In this document: positions 43,796 through 58,700 of the stretch, in pieces
Layout of the letters: each line of letters opens with the position of its first letter
Numbering within the stretch: the stretch's first letter is position 1
Origin: the human T2T-CHM13v2.0 reference genome, Homo sapiens
DNA length: 64,000 nt
Reading direction: 5' to 3' (one strand)
Assembly (NCBI RefSeq): GCF_009914755.1
Contig: NC_060937.1
Notes under the pieces: model-generated
Seen by the model: the letters and a program-made list of their open reading frames with translations, nothing else
Database searches by the model: none
Told to the model about the DNA's origin: nothing
Made by a program: the position numbers and the translations under genes

Positions 43796-46772
43796 TGAAA
43801 GTGTTTTGAAACAGTCTCCCAACAGCCCATCCAAAATAGTTTTAGATCATTACAAAATTATTTCAGGGTCTCAGAATCAAAACACAGAAAAGCCTCACGG
43901 TACACAGTAGCCCACTCCTGATTTGAGATGGCATTAATCAATGAGAAACCTCTAAATAGAGGGCAACCAATATTGTGAAACATGCTGTCTGAGTAGAAAT
44001 AGCCTCAGAAATCATGGCGAAGCAACACTTTTCTTTTTTCACTCTCTAGCCATGGTCCTCTTCTAACTGGGCACCGACTCTTTCCTCCTCTCCCAGCTTT
44101 ATCCTTCCCCTACCCGCCCTGGCGCAGAGTTGTCATCTTATGACTCTGGAACCCCCTTGCAATGTGCTGTTTCTGTACCTCACCTCTTGGAGGTAGATGT
44201 TGCAGTGGCAGCCTCAAACAGGGATGCTTTTTTAGGCACCATCGGAAGCCACAGCACAGTGCTAGGCAAGAATCAGAGGAATAAAACACAATCTCCTGGA
44301 GCTGATGGTCCAGTTGTCCCAACTGGAAAACGAAGTTAGACCACAGTGGTATGCAAAGTGTCTTCTGACTGTAGAATTCTCAGACAAATGAATGCACACC
44401 AGTGCCAAATATAACACATTAATTTTAATTGTAGCCCTCTAGAGAGGATGACCTAGCCACTGAGTGAAGATTTCAGGCAGGTGGGCCTTTCTGTTTCCAC
44501 CGAAATTATATTATATTGGCAGCCACCTAGTCTTAAAATTGCCTTTAGGAAGGCGTAGGAGACTGAATTGGAAAATGCAGCCAGGCAATTTATGGGAAAA
44601 TTGAACGGAGCGTCCCTCTGAGTAAGGAGACAGGGCGTGGTAATGTCAGTCCTCCTTCTAAAGACCAGAGAAAATTTCTGTTCCACCTGATAAACTCTGT
44701 ATCCTTTTGGACTTTGTAAATATTGCACTTGGAATTGACTGTCATTTAAATATTGAGAGGAAATCTGCCAAAGTTATTTGATTAGTCAAATGCTTTAAAG
44801 ATTCATTAAAATACCAACCCTGTGGGATGAGGGGAGGTATTTTATTCAAAGCCTTCCTCATGTGGTATCTCTGACATGGCTTATGGACATCCTCAGTAGT
44901 TCCAAAGGGATTAAATGTTTAAGTTCCTGGAACAAATGGAAAGTGCTTACTCCTCACTCTTTGTCAAACTCTAAAACTACGACTGCCTCAGTGAAACCCC
45001 AAATATCCTTATGTCTAAATGTCACAATGATGATGCAGGTCTTGAAATATACAAAGAACTGGCTTAAGCTGATATAAATCAGAACCTGAAACACTATTAT
45101 TTCACTACTACAAATAGTTTAAAGTTTGTAAAGATGTGTAGGTGGTTCTTAGTTTTATTATCTTTGCTGTGAGTCACTAATATTGCTTCATAGTGGAAAC
45201 TGTCCATTTAAACTAAAATAAATCTTGTCCACAGAGAAAGCTGGTATTGGTTGCTTTTTAGTTAAAACAGTGTAAAGCCTTGGTTTAATAGAGAGTTCGT
45301 CTTTCTTCTGAGGAATTAAAACATGTTCATACAATAGATTATCTTTTTATATCTTTCCTTCTACCACTTTACCTCTAATACTAGGATAACTAGCTAACAT
45401 TTAATGAATGATTTCTAAATGCTAGGTGGTGAGTTGGTGAGTTAAAGTGGCTTTCTATGGATTATTTGTCTTCAGAACAACCCAATGAGCCAGGTACTTT
45501 TGTGACTTGATGAAGATAAACAACTTGATTAGGTAGCAAACCTAGTTAGTCATGGAGCCAGAAACCCAATCTTTGACACTAGACTAGATGAATTCATTAC
45601 AAAGTCTTTCCAAAGGGTCCGTCTATCCAGCCTCTTCTTTTTCATATTTTCCCTTAGGCATTTTCTGTTTGGAGAGTACAAAAGACCTCTAACCCACCTC
45701 TCTGATCCCATGCTGTAACCCACTCCACAGCCAGTCTACACTCTAATCTCACGCACTGCAATATATTCACTCATGTAATTCAATCCTTCAGAAAAATCCA
45801 AACTCACACATCCTTCGCATTCACAATTTTCTTCTTTCTCAGTGTGCCACATGCCAGACTTTAGAGCGTGTTTCTCTCCCTATCTGAGACCCCATCTTCT
45901 TCTGCACCTCAAACCCACTTCCTCCAAGCAAGCTTTCCACAGCACTTACTAGGCACATTACACTTTGGGGATGCACCCTTGTCCTGGATTAAGAAAATAA
46001 TGTATGCTGCAATAGAAAGATCACAGGGCTTAGCATCCAGAGACAGGTGCTAAAATCCTGTTTCACTTGCAATTTTACTTAATATCATGTGGCCTCAGTG
46101 TTGTCATCTGTGATGGGGAGTCATTACTATCTGCCACATAGAGTTGCTAATAGGGATTAAATGAAATTGTGAACACACACACACATATATGCACACACAC
46201 AAATATATGTATATATTTATATGCATATACTTTCACATATGTAGAATTTCATTTAATCCTTGTTATATTTATGCATGAATATATGTGCATTTATATATAT
46301 ATAATTTTGTATACCCACATATAATAACTTTGAAAACTATAAAATGCTCTAAAGAGGTAAACAATCATTACTGTTGCTAAACTGATTTATTATGTATGTA
46401 TATTTTGCTTCCTCAACTACATTTTTTATTCCTAAAGGACAGCAATTCTTTTCATTTATATCTTTCTCTTTCTCAGATTCTAGCACAGTGCTATACACCA
46501 TAAAAAATGCTCCCCAAATACTTGAGTAAGAATATTCCCAAGACCTCTAGGGAGAAATCATGATTCCCATATTATATGTTAGAAAAACGTCAAGGCAAGA
46601 AAGTGGCCAGCCAACTAGCCATTGGGAAATGCAGGTCTTCTCATTCCCATTTGATTGTTTTTTTTTTTTTCAACCAGGCTGTTCTGTCAGCTTTTTCCTT
46701 AATAAATCGGACTTCATTTTTACTAATGACAGTCAGAGACTCTACTTACTATTTGTGGGCAGCACCAAGTAG

Positions 46773-47163
<391 letters not shown>

Positions 47164-47891
47164 ACTAATGTCTTCTTTATCAAAAGTCTCCTCAGGAACA
47201 GTTTGAAATGAGAATGCTAAAATTTAAGATCTAGTGGGCGATCTCCTCAAGCTAGTTCATATTACTTAGTTTCCTTTGAATCCATCTCTACTTTAGGATT
47301 CTCCAACATGACAAGTAAAGACAACATGGAGAGAGCTGCGAGAGAATAACAAAGGTGCCAAGGGATTTGTAAAATCTATCCGTGAACATGTAGAGTTCAC
47401 AGGAAAAGAGAAAGAGAAATGCCCTTAGTGTACAAAGGAAAGCAGCTACCATCATTTTTCAAATCCCTCCAAAATGATTATAAATTCCCTAAGAATAGGG
47501 ATTGGCTGAAAAAATTCTCTGAGGTGTGATTCACAAATTTAATTCTTCTGTTGTTTCACTGAAAATCGTCTCCAGGGCAGATAATGAAATCTCTTTTGAA
47601 CACATGCATTTGATTCTTTACCAAGATGTTAGAGGATGCAAAACCTTAGATGGTCCAGAAACTGAATGATGAGCTACTGAGCATGATGTATAAGACAAGG
47701 TGAAGAAGATAGCAGAGGGAAATGTTTGGAAAGAATATTAATCTGGCACTGTTGTGATCCTGAAGCTGAAGAGAATGCTGAGGGACAAATTTCCTCTGGA
47801 GAGAGGCAGGGATTGAAAACTAAAGAATAATGTTTCCCTATTTCTGTTACTGGGGGACGGACAGTACGACCAGAAAGACAATGTACCTCCC

Positions 47892-48285
47892 TGATGTGGT
47901 TTGGATCTGTGTCCCTTCCCAAATCTCCCGTTGGATTATAATCCCCAGTGTTGGATGTGGGGCCTGGTGGGAGGTGATGGGATCATGAATGGTTTAGCAC
48001 CATCTTCCCTTGGTACTGTGTAGTGAGTGAGCTCCCATGAGATCTGGTTGTTTAAAAGTGTGTGGCACCTCCCCCAATCTCTTTTCCTCCTGCTCCTGCC
48101 ATGTGAAGTGCTGCCTCCCCCTTCGCCTTCGCCGCGACTGTAAGTTCCCTGAGGCCTCCCCAGAAGCAGATGCTGCCATGCTTCCTATACAGCCTGCGAA
48201 ACCATGAGCCAGTTAAACCTCTTTTCTTTATAAGTTACCCAGTCTCCAGTGTTTCTTTATAGCAAAACAAGAATGGACTAATATA
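47892..48285 (+). mobile_element. MSTA/MSTB solo LTR
   Basis: TGATGTGGTTTGGATCTGTGTCCC…GAATGGACTAATATA with a 5-bp TSD CTCCC (47887-47891 and 48286-48290). Confidence 0.92.
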
Positions 48286-50427
48286 CTCCCATAAGCCAGG
48301 GCCCCAAGAAAGATTATCATGGTCGGGAAACAGTTAGTGCCAAGGGCCTATAAGGATGCGGTCATTGATGAGAAGAAGTGGTATGGAAGTTGGTAACACT
48401 AGTTCTCATTCCCCCACACAAAAAGGAGACCCATGAGCAGGAAGCAAGTTTATGATACTACAGAGAGAGAAGGTGATAAGTGAGGGTGATGGCCAGGGCA
48501 GAAGGAGGAATTACAGAACATTTTGAATCACCACTAGTCTGTTCATATTACACAGAAAACATTCAGTTTACGCCAGATGATATCCTGCTGCATTGGGGGA
48601 AAAAGTCCTTTGCAGTTGTTTCACAGAATTAAACTTTCTCATCTTAGCAGTATGGCTGTTGCTACCTTTTGAAGCCTCATAATGAGAGCCTTCTCATCTT
48701 AGAAAAGGTCTGACCTAGTGTGCTTAGAGTTATTGTTTTTCACTTTTTATTCCAGAACTTCAAAAGCATTTGCAGAGAAGTGCTATCCTTACGTAGTAGA
48801 CAATTTGGTAAAATGTCCTTTTCTGAGTTCCATGGCATTATTCTGACCACCAGCAAGAAAAGGGCTCAGACTTAGAATACTGCAGTGCTGCTGTGCTTTT
48901 AATGCCCCGTCCAAAACTCTCAAAGAAATGGAGAATGGGCAAAGGAGCCCACAGGCCTCGATACTGGTGCTCAGGAGGCAGTGCTGTCCAAACCTTCAGT
49001 CTTAATGTAGATAACTAATAACCAGATCAGGATTTACCAAAGTCCCTCCAAGGCAGAGACAGGCATGGAAGACAGGAAACCCTATTCCAGCAGCATTATG
49101 AAGAGCCACAGCCACCATCATTTAAAGCACAGGGCAAATTCTACTCCAGTTCGATGTTTTATTACAGCATGTGTTTTCCTTTGTTTTGATAGCAGTATAT
49201 TTGTCTTCTTAATTATGTTTTATGTAAATACTGTAATAAATTAGTTTGCATCTCCCAAGTGCATATCAACAACTAATTAAATGTCAGCCCCTCAAAAGAC
49301 AAAAGAGAATCTGCTTTGTAAATACATAGTCATAAATCTCTTGAACTACGTGATGTATGTGAAGACTTTTGTTATAATTTTTATAAGAAAGAATAAAATC
49401 CTGAATAACCCTAGAAAGATATTAGCGCAACTATAGAACTATTGCCTCTGGGGAGAGGCACTGGGTGGCCCAAGAACAAGCATGCACAGAGCCCTTTCCC
49501 TAGGATCCTTTAGTTATAATTTTGTACAATGCATCTATGACCTCTTTGAAAGTAAATTACATAATTTCTTGATTTTAATACAAAATGAGACCAATAAGAG
49601 GATATTAGTGAAATTTAATTATGTTTTATTATTTTTAAAATCTAGAATATTCATATCTGGAAAACTTTTATTAAGGAAAAATAAAATTTTATTGAAACAG
49701 TGAATTTTAAACATTGTTCCACTTTGCTTTTAAGTGTACTTCATGAAGTCTAATTTTTTATTATGGAATAAAGTTACAATCTTCATTTTTTTCTTCCAAT
49801 TAACACAGGTTTTGACACCAATTTGCATTAGGACAAATACAATTTAATGTGATGAGACCATGCACCACATCCCCCATTAAAGTTGGACTGTATGATTGGA
49901 AACAACTGCTAATTAAAGCCTAATTGTTACCTTCTGTGCACTGTTCACTTAATTAGATAAGTGGCTTCTGACAGAACAACTGGTTTATGCTCAGTGGGAA
50001 AGACTACATGACCAGGTACTATAGATGGCCAAGGTCTCCAGTCTTGCAGAACAACATGGATTTTGAGTTTCTGCTCCAATTAAAACTTTCAGTTACCACA
50101 GTGGAAACTGAATTCATGGCAACAATATCCAAAATTGTGATTTGACTCAGCTTCAGATTCGGGCAGGTTTTACAGGACCCAGATAAACTTAGGAGGTAGG
50201 TAGTGTTTGTGTTTCGCACATTGCTGTCTGGCCCACTTCAGCCAAGCTTGTCTGAGCCTCCACCATATGTGATGGTTGCTCAAAAACTGCTTCTCCTGAG
50301 TCCACTTAGTTCAATTTTCCCAGGAAGAAACAAACACACACACACACTCATACTCCTCCCATCTCAGATATCTAAGCTACGATTTGGGCTGGATAAACTG
50401 GACAACCTCATCTCCCACCCACTGTAA

Positions 50428-50845
<418 letters not shown>

Positions 50846-52008
50846 GGTGCAAGGATCTTTATGATAAAACTTAAGGCAGGAAAAGGACAAATGGCCAAGA
50901 TGATTATATCACAAGGTATAAGATTAAAGCCATGGCAACACAAGGAGATAAAGTAGACAATGTGGGGGCATTCTACAAAAAGAGATAAAATGTCTTGGTA
51001 CAAGTTAGGTTGATTTTGTACTTCAGGGGAAAACTGGCAATCAGAGTATATGTATTTTCCTTCTCTGCACACCTCCACTTGGCCCCATCTTGAGACAGCT
51101 TTCTTCTCTACTGCTTATTCTGAGAATAGCTTTCTTCTCCCTTGCTTACAGAGCCAGCAGAAACTGAGAGAAGAAGGGCTTTGGTACATGGCATTAGGTG
51201 TGTATGTGTGTGTGTGCATGTGAATGCACATGTGTTAACCTGGGAATTATTTAACTTCTATGAGCTTTGGTTTTTCCATTTATAAAATGGAGAATATTTC
51301 TAATATTGACCTTACAAAACTGATATAAAGTCTAAATGAGATGATGCACATGGAATGCTTAACATAAAACAAGGCGCACACACTCAAAAAAAACCCAATG
51401 GTAATTATTGCTATTATTATAGTCAATATATAATAATTGGACTTGGTTGGAATGGAAACAAAGCATTTAACTAAAGTACTGTAGGTATTGTGTGTGGGCA
51501 TTAGACATTACACATGTCATAGATATTGTGCTATGGGAGATGCAAAGTATAACATATGGTCCCTGACCTCAATTTGCCTTCAAGGGTCAGAGGGGGAGGA
51601 ATTAATAAACCACAGGAAGAAATTGATAGCCTGGTATATATTCTCCAAAGGGAAAGAGTTCTCCAAATGGGAGATGCTAGACTGGAGGGGTATAAACTGC
51701 CTTCAGAAAGGGAAAGAAACATGAAAGCATTTTGCCATCTCTCCCCCGAGAAAGGTTGAGAGACAAAAAAAAAAAACCTCCATAAATAAACTGTTTAAAC
51801 TTCCCTCATAATTCAGTGTGTCTACAAACAAAAAAGTAGGAGCCCCTATGCAAAATGGGAAGTGGAAAGTGGGTCAGGCAAGCAGCAACTCACACACTCC
51901 TAGTGGAAGCCATGAGGAGCATCACACACTAGACTATCCAGTTGGGGTGACGTGGACCAGTCACTGGGACTTGGCTTCCACGAGAAGGTAGCTCAAGAAG
52001 CTCCCTGT

Positions 52009-52011
<3 letters not shown>

Positions 52012-52050
<39 letters not shown>
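52012..52050 (+). repeat. (A)39 homopolymer with no adjacent Alu/L1 body
   Basis: Visible directly. Confidence 0.95.
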
Positions 52051-52051
<1 letters not shown>

Positions 52052-52414
52052 CAATAGATTCCAGCTACTAGGATTACAGGTAAATTCATTAGGGGTTGGA
52101 ATGGAAACAAAGCATTTAACTAATTCACACTAGTCAACCTTCAAACACACACACACACACACACACGGGCTACATGCTATTTGTTTTTTCAGAGGACCTT
52201 TTCAGAGCAAGTTGGGTGTACGGTAAAAATCTCATTCCTCGATGCATAGGAATACAGATGCAGTGAATTCTGTGAAGCTCCCACATCCTCTCCGGTTTCC
52301 TAGGGTCCTACTCTGACCAATTCAGATGAAAATTTTGTGAGCTAATAAATAAATAAATAAGCCACAGCACTTTAAATGAAAAAAAGAATCTTTCTTAAAA
52401 TTATATTAATATCA

Positions 52415-52702
52415 GGCCCGGCGCAGTGGCTCACGCCTGTAATCCCAGCACTTTGGGAGGCTGAGGCGGGCAGATCACTGGAGGTCAGGAGTTCAAGACC
52501 AGCCTAGCCAACATGATGAAAACCTGTCTCCACCAAAAAATACAAAATTAGCCAGGCATGGTGATGTGCGCCTGTACTCCCAGCTACTCAGTAAGTTGAG
52601 GTGGGAGGATCACTTGAATCCAGGAGGTGGAGGTTACAGTGAGCCCAGATGGCACCACTGCACTCCAGCCTGGGCAACAGAGTGAGTCCCTGTCTCAAAG
52701 AA
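52415..52702 (+). mobile_element. Alu (AluJb/old S-type)
   Basis: Full dimer; right arm has J-type GGTGGGAGGATCACTTGA and CCCTGTCTC; flanks ATATTAATATCA / ATATTATTATCA. Confidence 0.92.
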
Positions 52703-53015
52703 TATATATATTATTATCAAATTGAAGTGTTTTGAAGGTGTTTGCAGAAACAACAGATGAAAGAACTGAGTGTGAAAATATCACGTGAATCAATAGGAAT
52801 TTGAATTATCTTGAATCCTTTAGGCTTTTCATGCCATTGCACACAACAAGCTAAATATTCTAATCAGGTGAAAATTAGGGCATCATTTTATCAGGTATAA
52901 AGCCAAATATTTGGGGCACTATCTCATCTTAAATCACACCACTGACTACCTAAATGTCAATAATTCGTAAAAGCCTGTATTGGATAAAAAGGTCAGAAAC
53001 AAGTTTTCCCCTCCT

Positions 53016-53370
<355 letters not shown>

Positions 53371-55029
53371 TCAATTCAGTTAATGCAAGGACCCATGAGA
53401 AGCCATTTTACACCTCAAAGTTTCTAAACTCAGGGAAATTGACAAAAAATGGTCATCAAAGAAAGCCATATTTATAAACAAGCAAAACAACTTAGTAAAT
53501 TTTTTCAAAAAACAAATGAGGGGGAGAGTCAAAGTATCTGAAAAGCATTTGAAAAATGCTGGTCTTGAAAAAAAAATAACAATGACATTTTAACACGTTT
53601 TGCAACATCTGTCCTTGAGAAAAAAGGGTCAGTTTTCATTAAAAAAAAAAAAAAAAAAAAAAGACAGTGTTTATAGACCTAGAAGGTCTTTCAAACATAA
53701 TGGCCTAAAATGAATGTTTTGAAGGTGAAAATAAAGTGCATATAGGATTTTCCAAAATGTCTGTGCTGAATGTTTGACATCACCTAGCCCAAACATTGCA
53801 TTTTTCTAATTACAATAGTTCAAAAAGGTTAAATGATCTGTTCATAGCTGCACAGTGAACCAGTGATTTTTCTTACCCAATGATAGAAGAAGCCAGTTCC
53901 TCCATCTACACTACATTCCACTAAATCACATCAGCTCATAAATCTACAGAGTTCACAAAAATGTTTAGTGGGATTGTGCCTTTGATTTACAGAGGAAAAA
54001 AATGTGTTTTTCTGTAATTTTCTCTAGGGACTCTCACTTCATTAAAACTTTAATTTCCAAGATAAGTTATCCAAGATCATTTCCAAGGTTAATATAGCAT
54101 TTGAAAAACATAAGTCACCTCTCTTCATTCAACTAAGGCAACACATAGCCAGCAAAAAGCAGTGACGGTGAGAGATTCGCAAGGGGAAAGGCGGAATCGC
54201 TCCACTCAAATCTGTTCTCTTTTTTCATTTAATCTGTAATCAGAAAGCAATGCTGACAAGCCCTTTGAGGTCCTGGAGTGTGCTAAGACACACATCAAGT
54301 ATCACTCATTTAAAAATAAAAGGCTTGTTGTTCAGGAGCATTTGTGTTGGTTGTGTTGCTATTTTATTTTCTAATTTTCATCTCCCTGGAGTCAAAGTAC
54401 ACAGCATCATGCTTCCATAAAAACAGTAATTAAAGCTTTTAAAATATACATATTAGCAGATCACACACTCCTATCAGTTTATCTTGTGAATATCATAAAT
54501 ACCATGCACACAACAGATAGAAATTGCATAAACAGAAAAATTCTGCATTATTCATGAACTGTAGTTTGCTTTTCCCTTGGCTCCATGCTACTAAGGAATA
54601 TGTGTGCTTGTGTACATATTCCCTGTTAAAAACCACATCTTTAACTACAACATAGTTTATGTTGAGGTATTTTAAATGTGAGGATTATTACATTTTAAAA
54701 TGTGAGTATATTGCAGTTGAGTTTATCCTACCTCACACTTGGGAATGAAAGGAGATCATCCAAGACATAACCAAAATATTATTGACTCATTAGTAAAAAT
54801 CCAAAGAGAGTATTTATCAAGGGTGGGTCATATTTTCAACAGCTGTCCCCCTGTTGAATATAGATATTTCGTAACACAAACAATATAAAAAGACACTAGC
54901 AAAAATAACCACAATATATGAAATAGGCTCGTTGTATTATTTCTACCCAAATTTAAATGATTCTTTTCACTCCCTCCAGCAGAATCACACTCCAAAAGTG
55001 AAATTTCTTGAATGGAGAATTTACAATGA

Positions 55030-55710
55030 GTTTCTTGGGAACAGACTCAGAGATGAAAACAGCTATGAGAGGTACTCCCAAGAATACACTTGCGAGGACG
55101 CGAGGAAGGCAGGACTGGGTGGAGGGGAAAGCTCAATGGTTCCAACAGAAGCCTTAGGCCAATTCTACAAGGAGCTCTAGAGCTGAGCTGACCCTTCAGC
55201 TTTGTTTCCAGTTGGGTATGAGGTTCCTTATCTGGGTGACAGTTTCAATCAAAGCCCAAACCTTGGGGTATTTGTAATGAACCAAATCCTCCACTTTTGT
55301 GAAATCATGAATCCAGAAGGAGACATCCTAGGCATATTATTTAGAATTTTGCAAGTTAGTATCAGAATAAATATAAACAGAAACAGTCAAAAACTGTTGG
55401 TGTCTGAAGCTGAGTATGTTCTTCATGAATTTTGCATTTTCCGCACTATACAATAAATTAATGTACTTTTAAAAAAGAAAGAAGATTTGTTCCAGTTGAA
55501 GCCAGGCATTTGTACCCCTGCACCAGCTAGACAGGGCTGTACACCAGCATGTTAATCTAGGGCCAGGCAGGTCCCTTTGGCTGAGAGCATGAGAGCAATT
55601 CTCCAGTGAGAGGCAGCTATAAGCTATCAGTTGTCCATTTTCTCAGCATCTGGGAATCATGCTTCTGACTTGAAGCAGGGAGCTAGGAAGAGTACCATAG
55701 TATCCCTACA
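55030..55710 (-). mobile_element. LTR16C-like ERVL LTR, split by a ~270-bp insertion
   Basis: …GAAGGCAGGACTGGG…CAACAGAAGCCTTAGGCCAATTC…GGAGCTCTAGAGCTG…CCCTTCAG, resuming …TTTGTACCCCTGCACC…GGCTGAGAGC…GTACCATAGTATCCCTACA. Confidence 0.7.
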
Positions 55711-58700
55711 AAGGGGATTTTAAATTGTAGCAAGCACCACCAATTGCAATTTCAAGCTAGAGCAATCTTGATTCAAACTTTTAACATCTACAATAGATTA
55801 AGGGTTCCTAGCCAATGAAAGGCAAGCACCTATTAAACAAAAGAGAGAATAAACAAATTTTTAATTAAAAACTGGGAAGAGAGGAAAGACAAATATATCT
55901 TTTTCTCATCAATTCATTTATAAAAACAATTGTTCTCAGCACTTAAAACTATAAAAATAAAAAATTAAAATACAATTAATATTGAGCCTTTTCTCATTCT
56001 AGTAATAAGTAATGTCACCCCAGATGAATAAACTAATTAAAATATTTAAAGCCCATCTGTTTCATTAACAGATGCATTTTAAAACAAATATAGTTACTTT
56101 TATTGGTTACCTAAATCTAAAATTATTTTGATCAATGATACTAATGAAAATCTAATTCAGAAAAAAAAATTTTTAATTTATATAAATATTTTCATTATAG
56201 AGAGGTATGAAAGAGTGATCAATAAAAGCCTTCAAAGTATAGATATATTACTTTAAGTTCTGTGAAGAAAGTTAAATGGAAATAACAGTTCATGGAGGAA
56301 AGGAAAGGATAGAAAAATTTCCGTATGTTAAAGAAGAGATTATTTATGTATTTTAAATGAATAGCAGTAATGAACAAATCACGGTAGTTTCCAGATATAA
56401 TCATATATTCTTAAAAGAGAGATGTACCATTTTTGTTCTAAAATGGAAACATTTACATTAAAAACTACATAATTTGGGACTGTAGTATTTAAATTTGTGA
56501 TATAAATTTTAGGCTTCATTTAAAAATGTGCAAGGGGACAGATAGATTTCCAAAATTATTTTGGGGGTGGGTAGTGCAAAAGCAAAACAGCTGACAGAGT
56601 ACCTGTTTTTAAAGTCCCTCCCAACTCTTAGCTACTTATTGTTATAAATGGTGTGTTTCCCATGGCCCTGAAACTATTGCCTATCCAGAACCTTAGGACT
56701 ACCAACAGAAACATGTTTAATTAAATGTCAAGAAAGCATTTTAAGAACCCTACCCAGCACAGTAAAGGAACAAAAACTGATCACATTAAAACCATGTAGG
56801 ACAGAGAATATTGGAAAATGAGGGGGTTTCAAGGTAGAGAAAAATCCAACTCACCAAACTCCAGAAGGGCAAAATAGTGCATGGTATGGAGTCAAAATAA
56901 TCATAGTCTCAATTGTAGCGTAAGCCGAATGCAGTATTGTTTTTATTGTCATGAGGTAACTCTTGTCTTAGGCGGTGAACAACCTCTTGGGAGGAAAGAC
57001 CCCTGGGTTCTCTCTTTTTTGCAACAACTATGACCACCTTTGTTTATTTCTCTGACTGCCCTCCTCCCTTTATTCTCATTTTTTATCTTTCTATCTCTCT
57101 GCTTAAAGACCCCATCTTAGTAAAAAAGAAAATATTATAGTTATAATGCAAAAGGGAACAACATAAAAATCACTCATTATTTTACCAAGAACAAGAGACA
57201 GATTGGCCAAAATAACTTTACAGGAAGGAAGAGTTAATTAACAACACACTCTGGTCAGTCTCTTAAATCCCTATATCTATTTTCATTCCAAAAAAATACA
57301 TATTAATAATAATATGTGTGTGATTTACCCCACTCTTATCTAAGAAAACATTTTAAAGAACATTTTAAACAACAGCATTTAAAGAATGCCTTGCTCTGTT
57401 GTAAATTTGCTTATTCCCCTCATCCTAGTCAGAATTGATGTGTTCATATGATCACTTTACTACTTTCAAAGATTATTTTTGCATCTTTCATTTTAGCTCA
57501 AAATTAATCAGATCTTTGGTTCAATTACTTCCAAAACTTTTTGAAGTTAGAGTTAAGGGGGGAAAAAGCCAACAGACAATTTTTCCCTGCTTAGTACATC
57601 TTTTGCTACTTGGCTACAACAAACACACACTGGACCCTTGTGTGCCAGGAAGCTGGTGGGCCCAGAGAAAGGGCTGGCTCTCAAACCTACTTCACATTTT
57701 AATTTTGTTCAATATATTTTCAGTGAAATTTGGTTGCTCTTTTAAACCCTAACTCAAAAAGAGATCAAGATCAGCAAAGTTACAAACAGCTTTATTCATA
57801 ACCAGAATAATTTGCCAAACAGAGCAGAGGAGCTGGGCAAGCACTCTAGATCGCTTTTCATACATAGGACTTCAATTCTGAGACTGCCTTTTGTTACTAA
57901 AGCTTCTTGGTTCAATTTGACATGCATATAATTTTGCTCAATTTTTCTCGTATCAATCCTAAATGTCCATTCCATTAAGTCAAGCTCCCTGAGTTTGCTT
58001 AAATTTCCCTTTCACAGTTACTCAGTTGTTTTCCGAAAGAGCACTTAGGGCTCCTTCGTTTCCAGGTTTTCTCTCATTAGAGGACGTTAGGGAATAAACA
58101 GATGACCCTGATTCCAATTCCCCAACCAGTTCCACAACTGGTCTGCCCAAATAGGTGATCTTTGTGCATCTTATTCCATACTAGTTCCCACTGACTTCCT
58201 TCTCTGCCGTCTCAGGCCTCCTTCAAAACTTTTCATTTGTTTGTTGGTTTAATATGACATGTTTTTTTAAAGAACTAAGGTAGGTCAACCTGTTTCCCAG
58301 GCTATAAGCAAATGGAAGGAGAGTATCAACCTTGAGCATCACACAAATTCATCGAACACAGTAAAGTCTAACATGCAATAGTCCCAGAAACTTACCAAAG
58401 GGATCTCAAAGCATCTCTGAACCTGAATCCCCCTGACCTCCACCCTTCACCTCCCACAGGAGAGCTCTGAGGGCACAGTGCTCCCTGGGCAGCCCTGTCC
58501 CCCTGCTATTCTGTTCATTTCAGAATCTGCCTTTCTCTGCCTCCATCTTTAAGCTTCTGAAGGTGAGGAACCATATCTCTCTTCTCCTTCTCCTTCTCTT
58601 GACAACTTCAGAGCTACAAATAACATACTCTGGGCACAGCTTTGGAAATATGCATTGAATGAAGAAAACAGGGAATTATGATTCTAACATTATTATCAGA

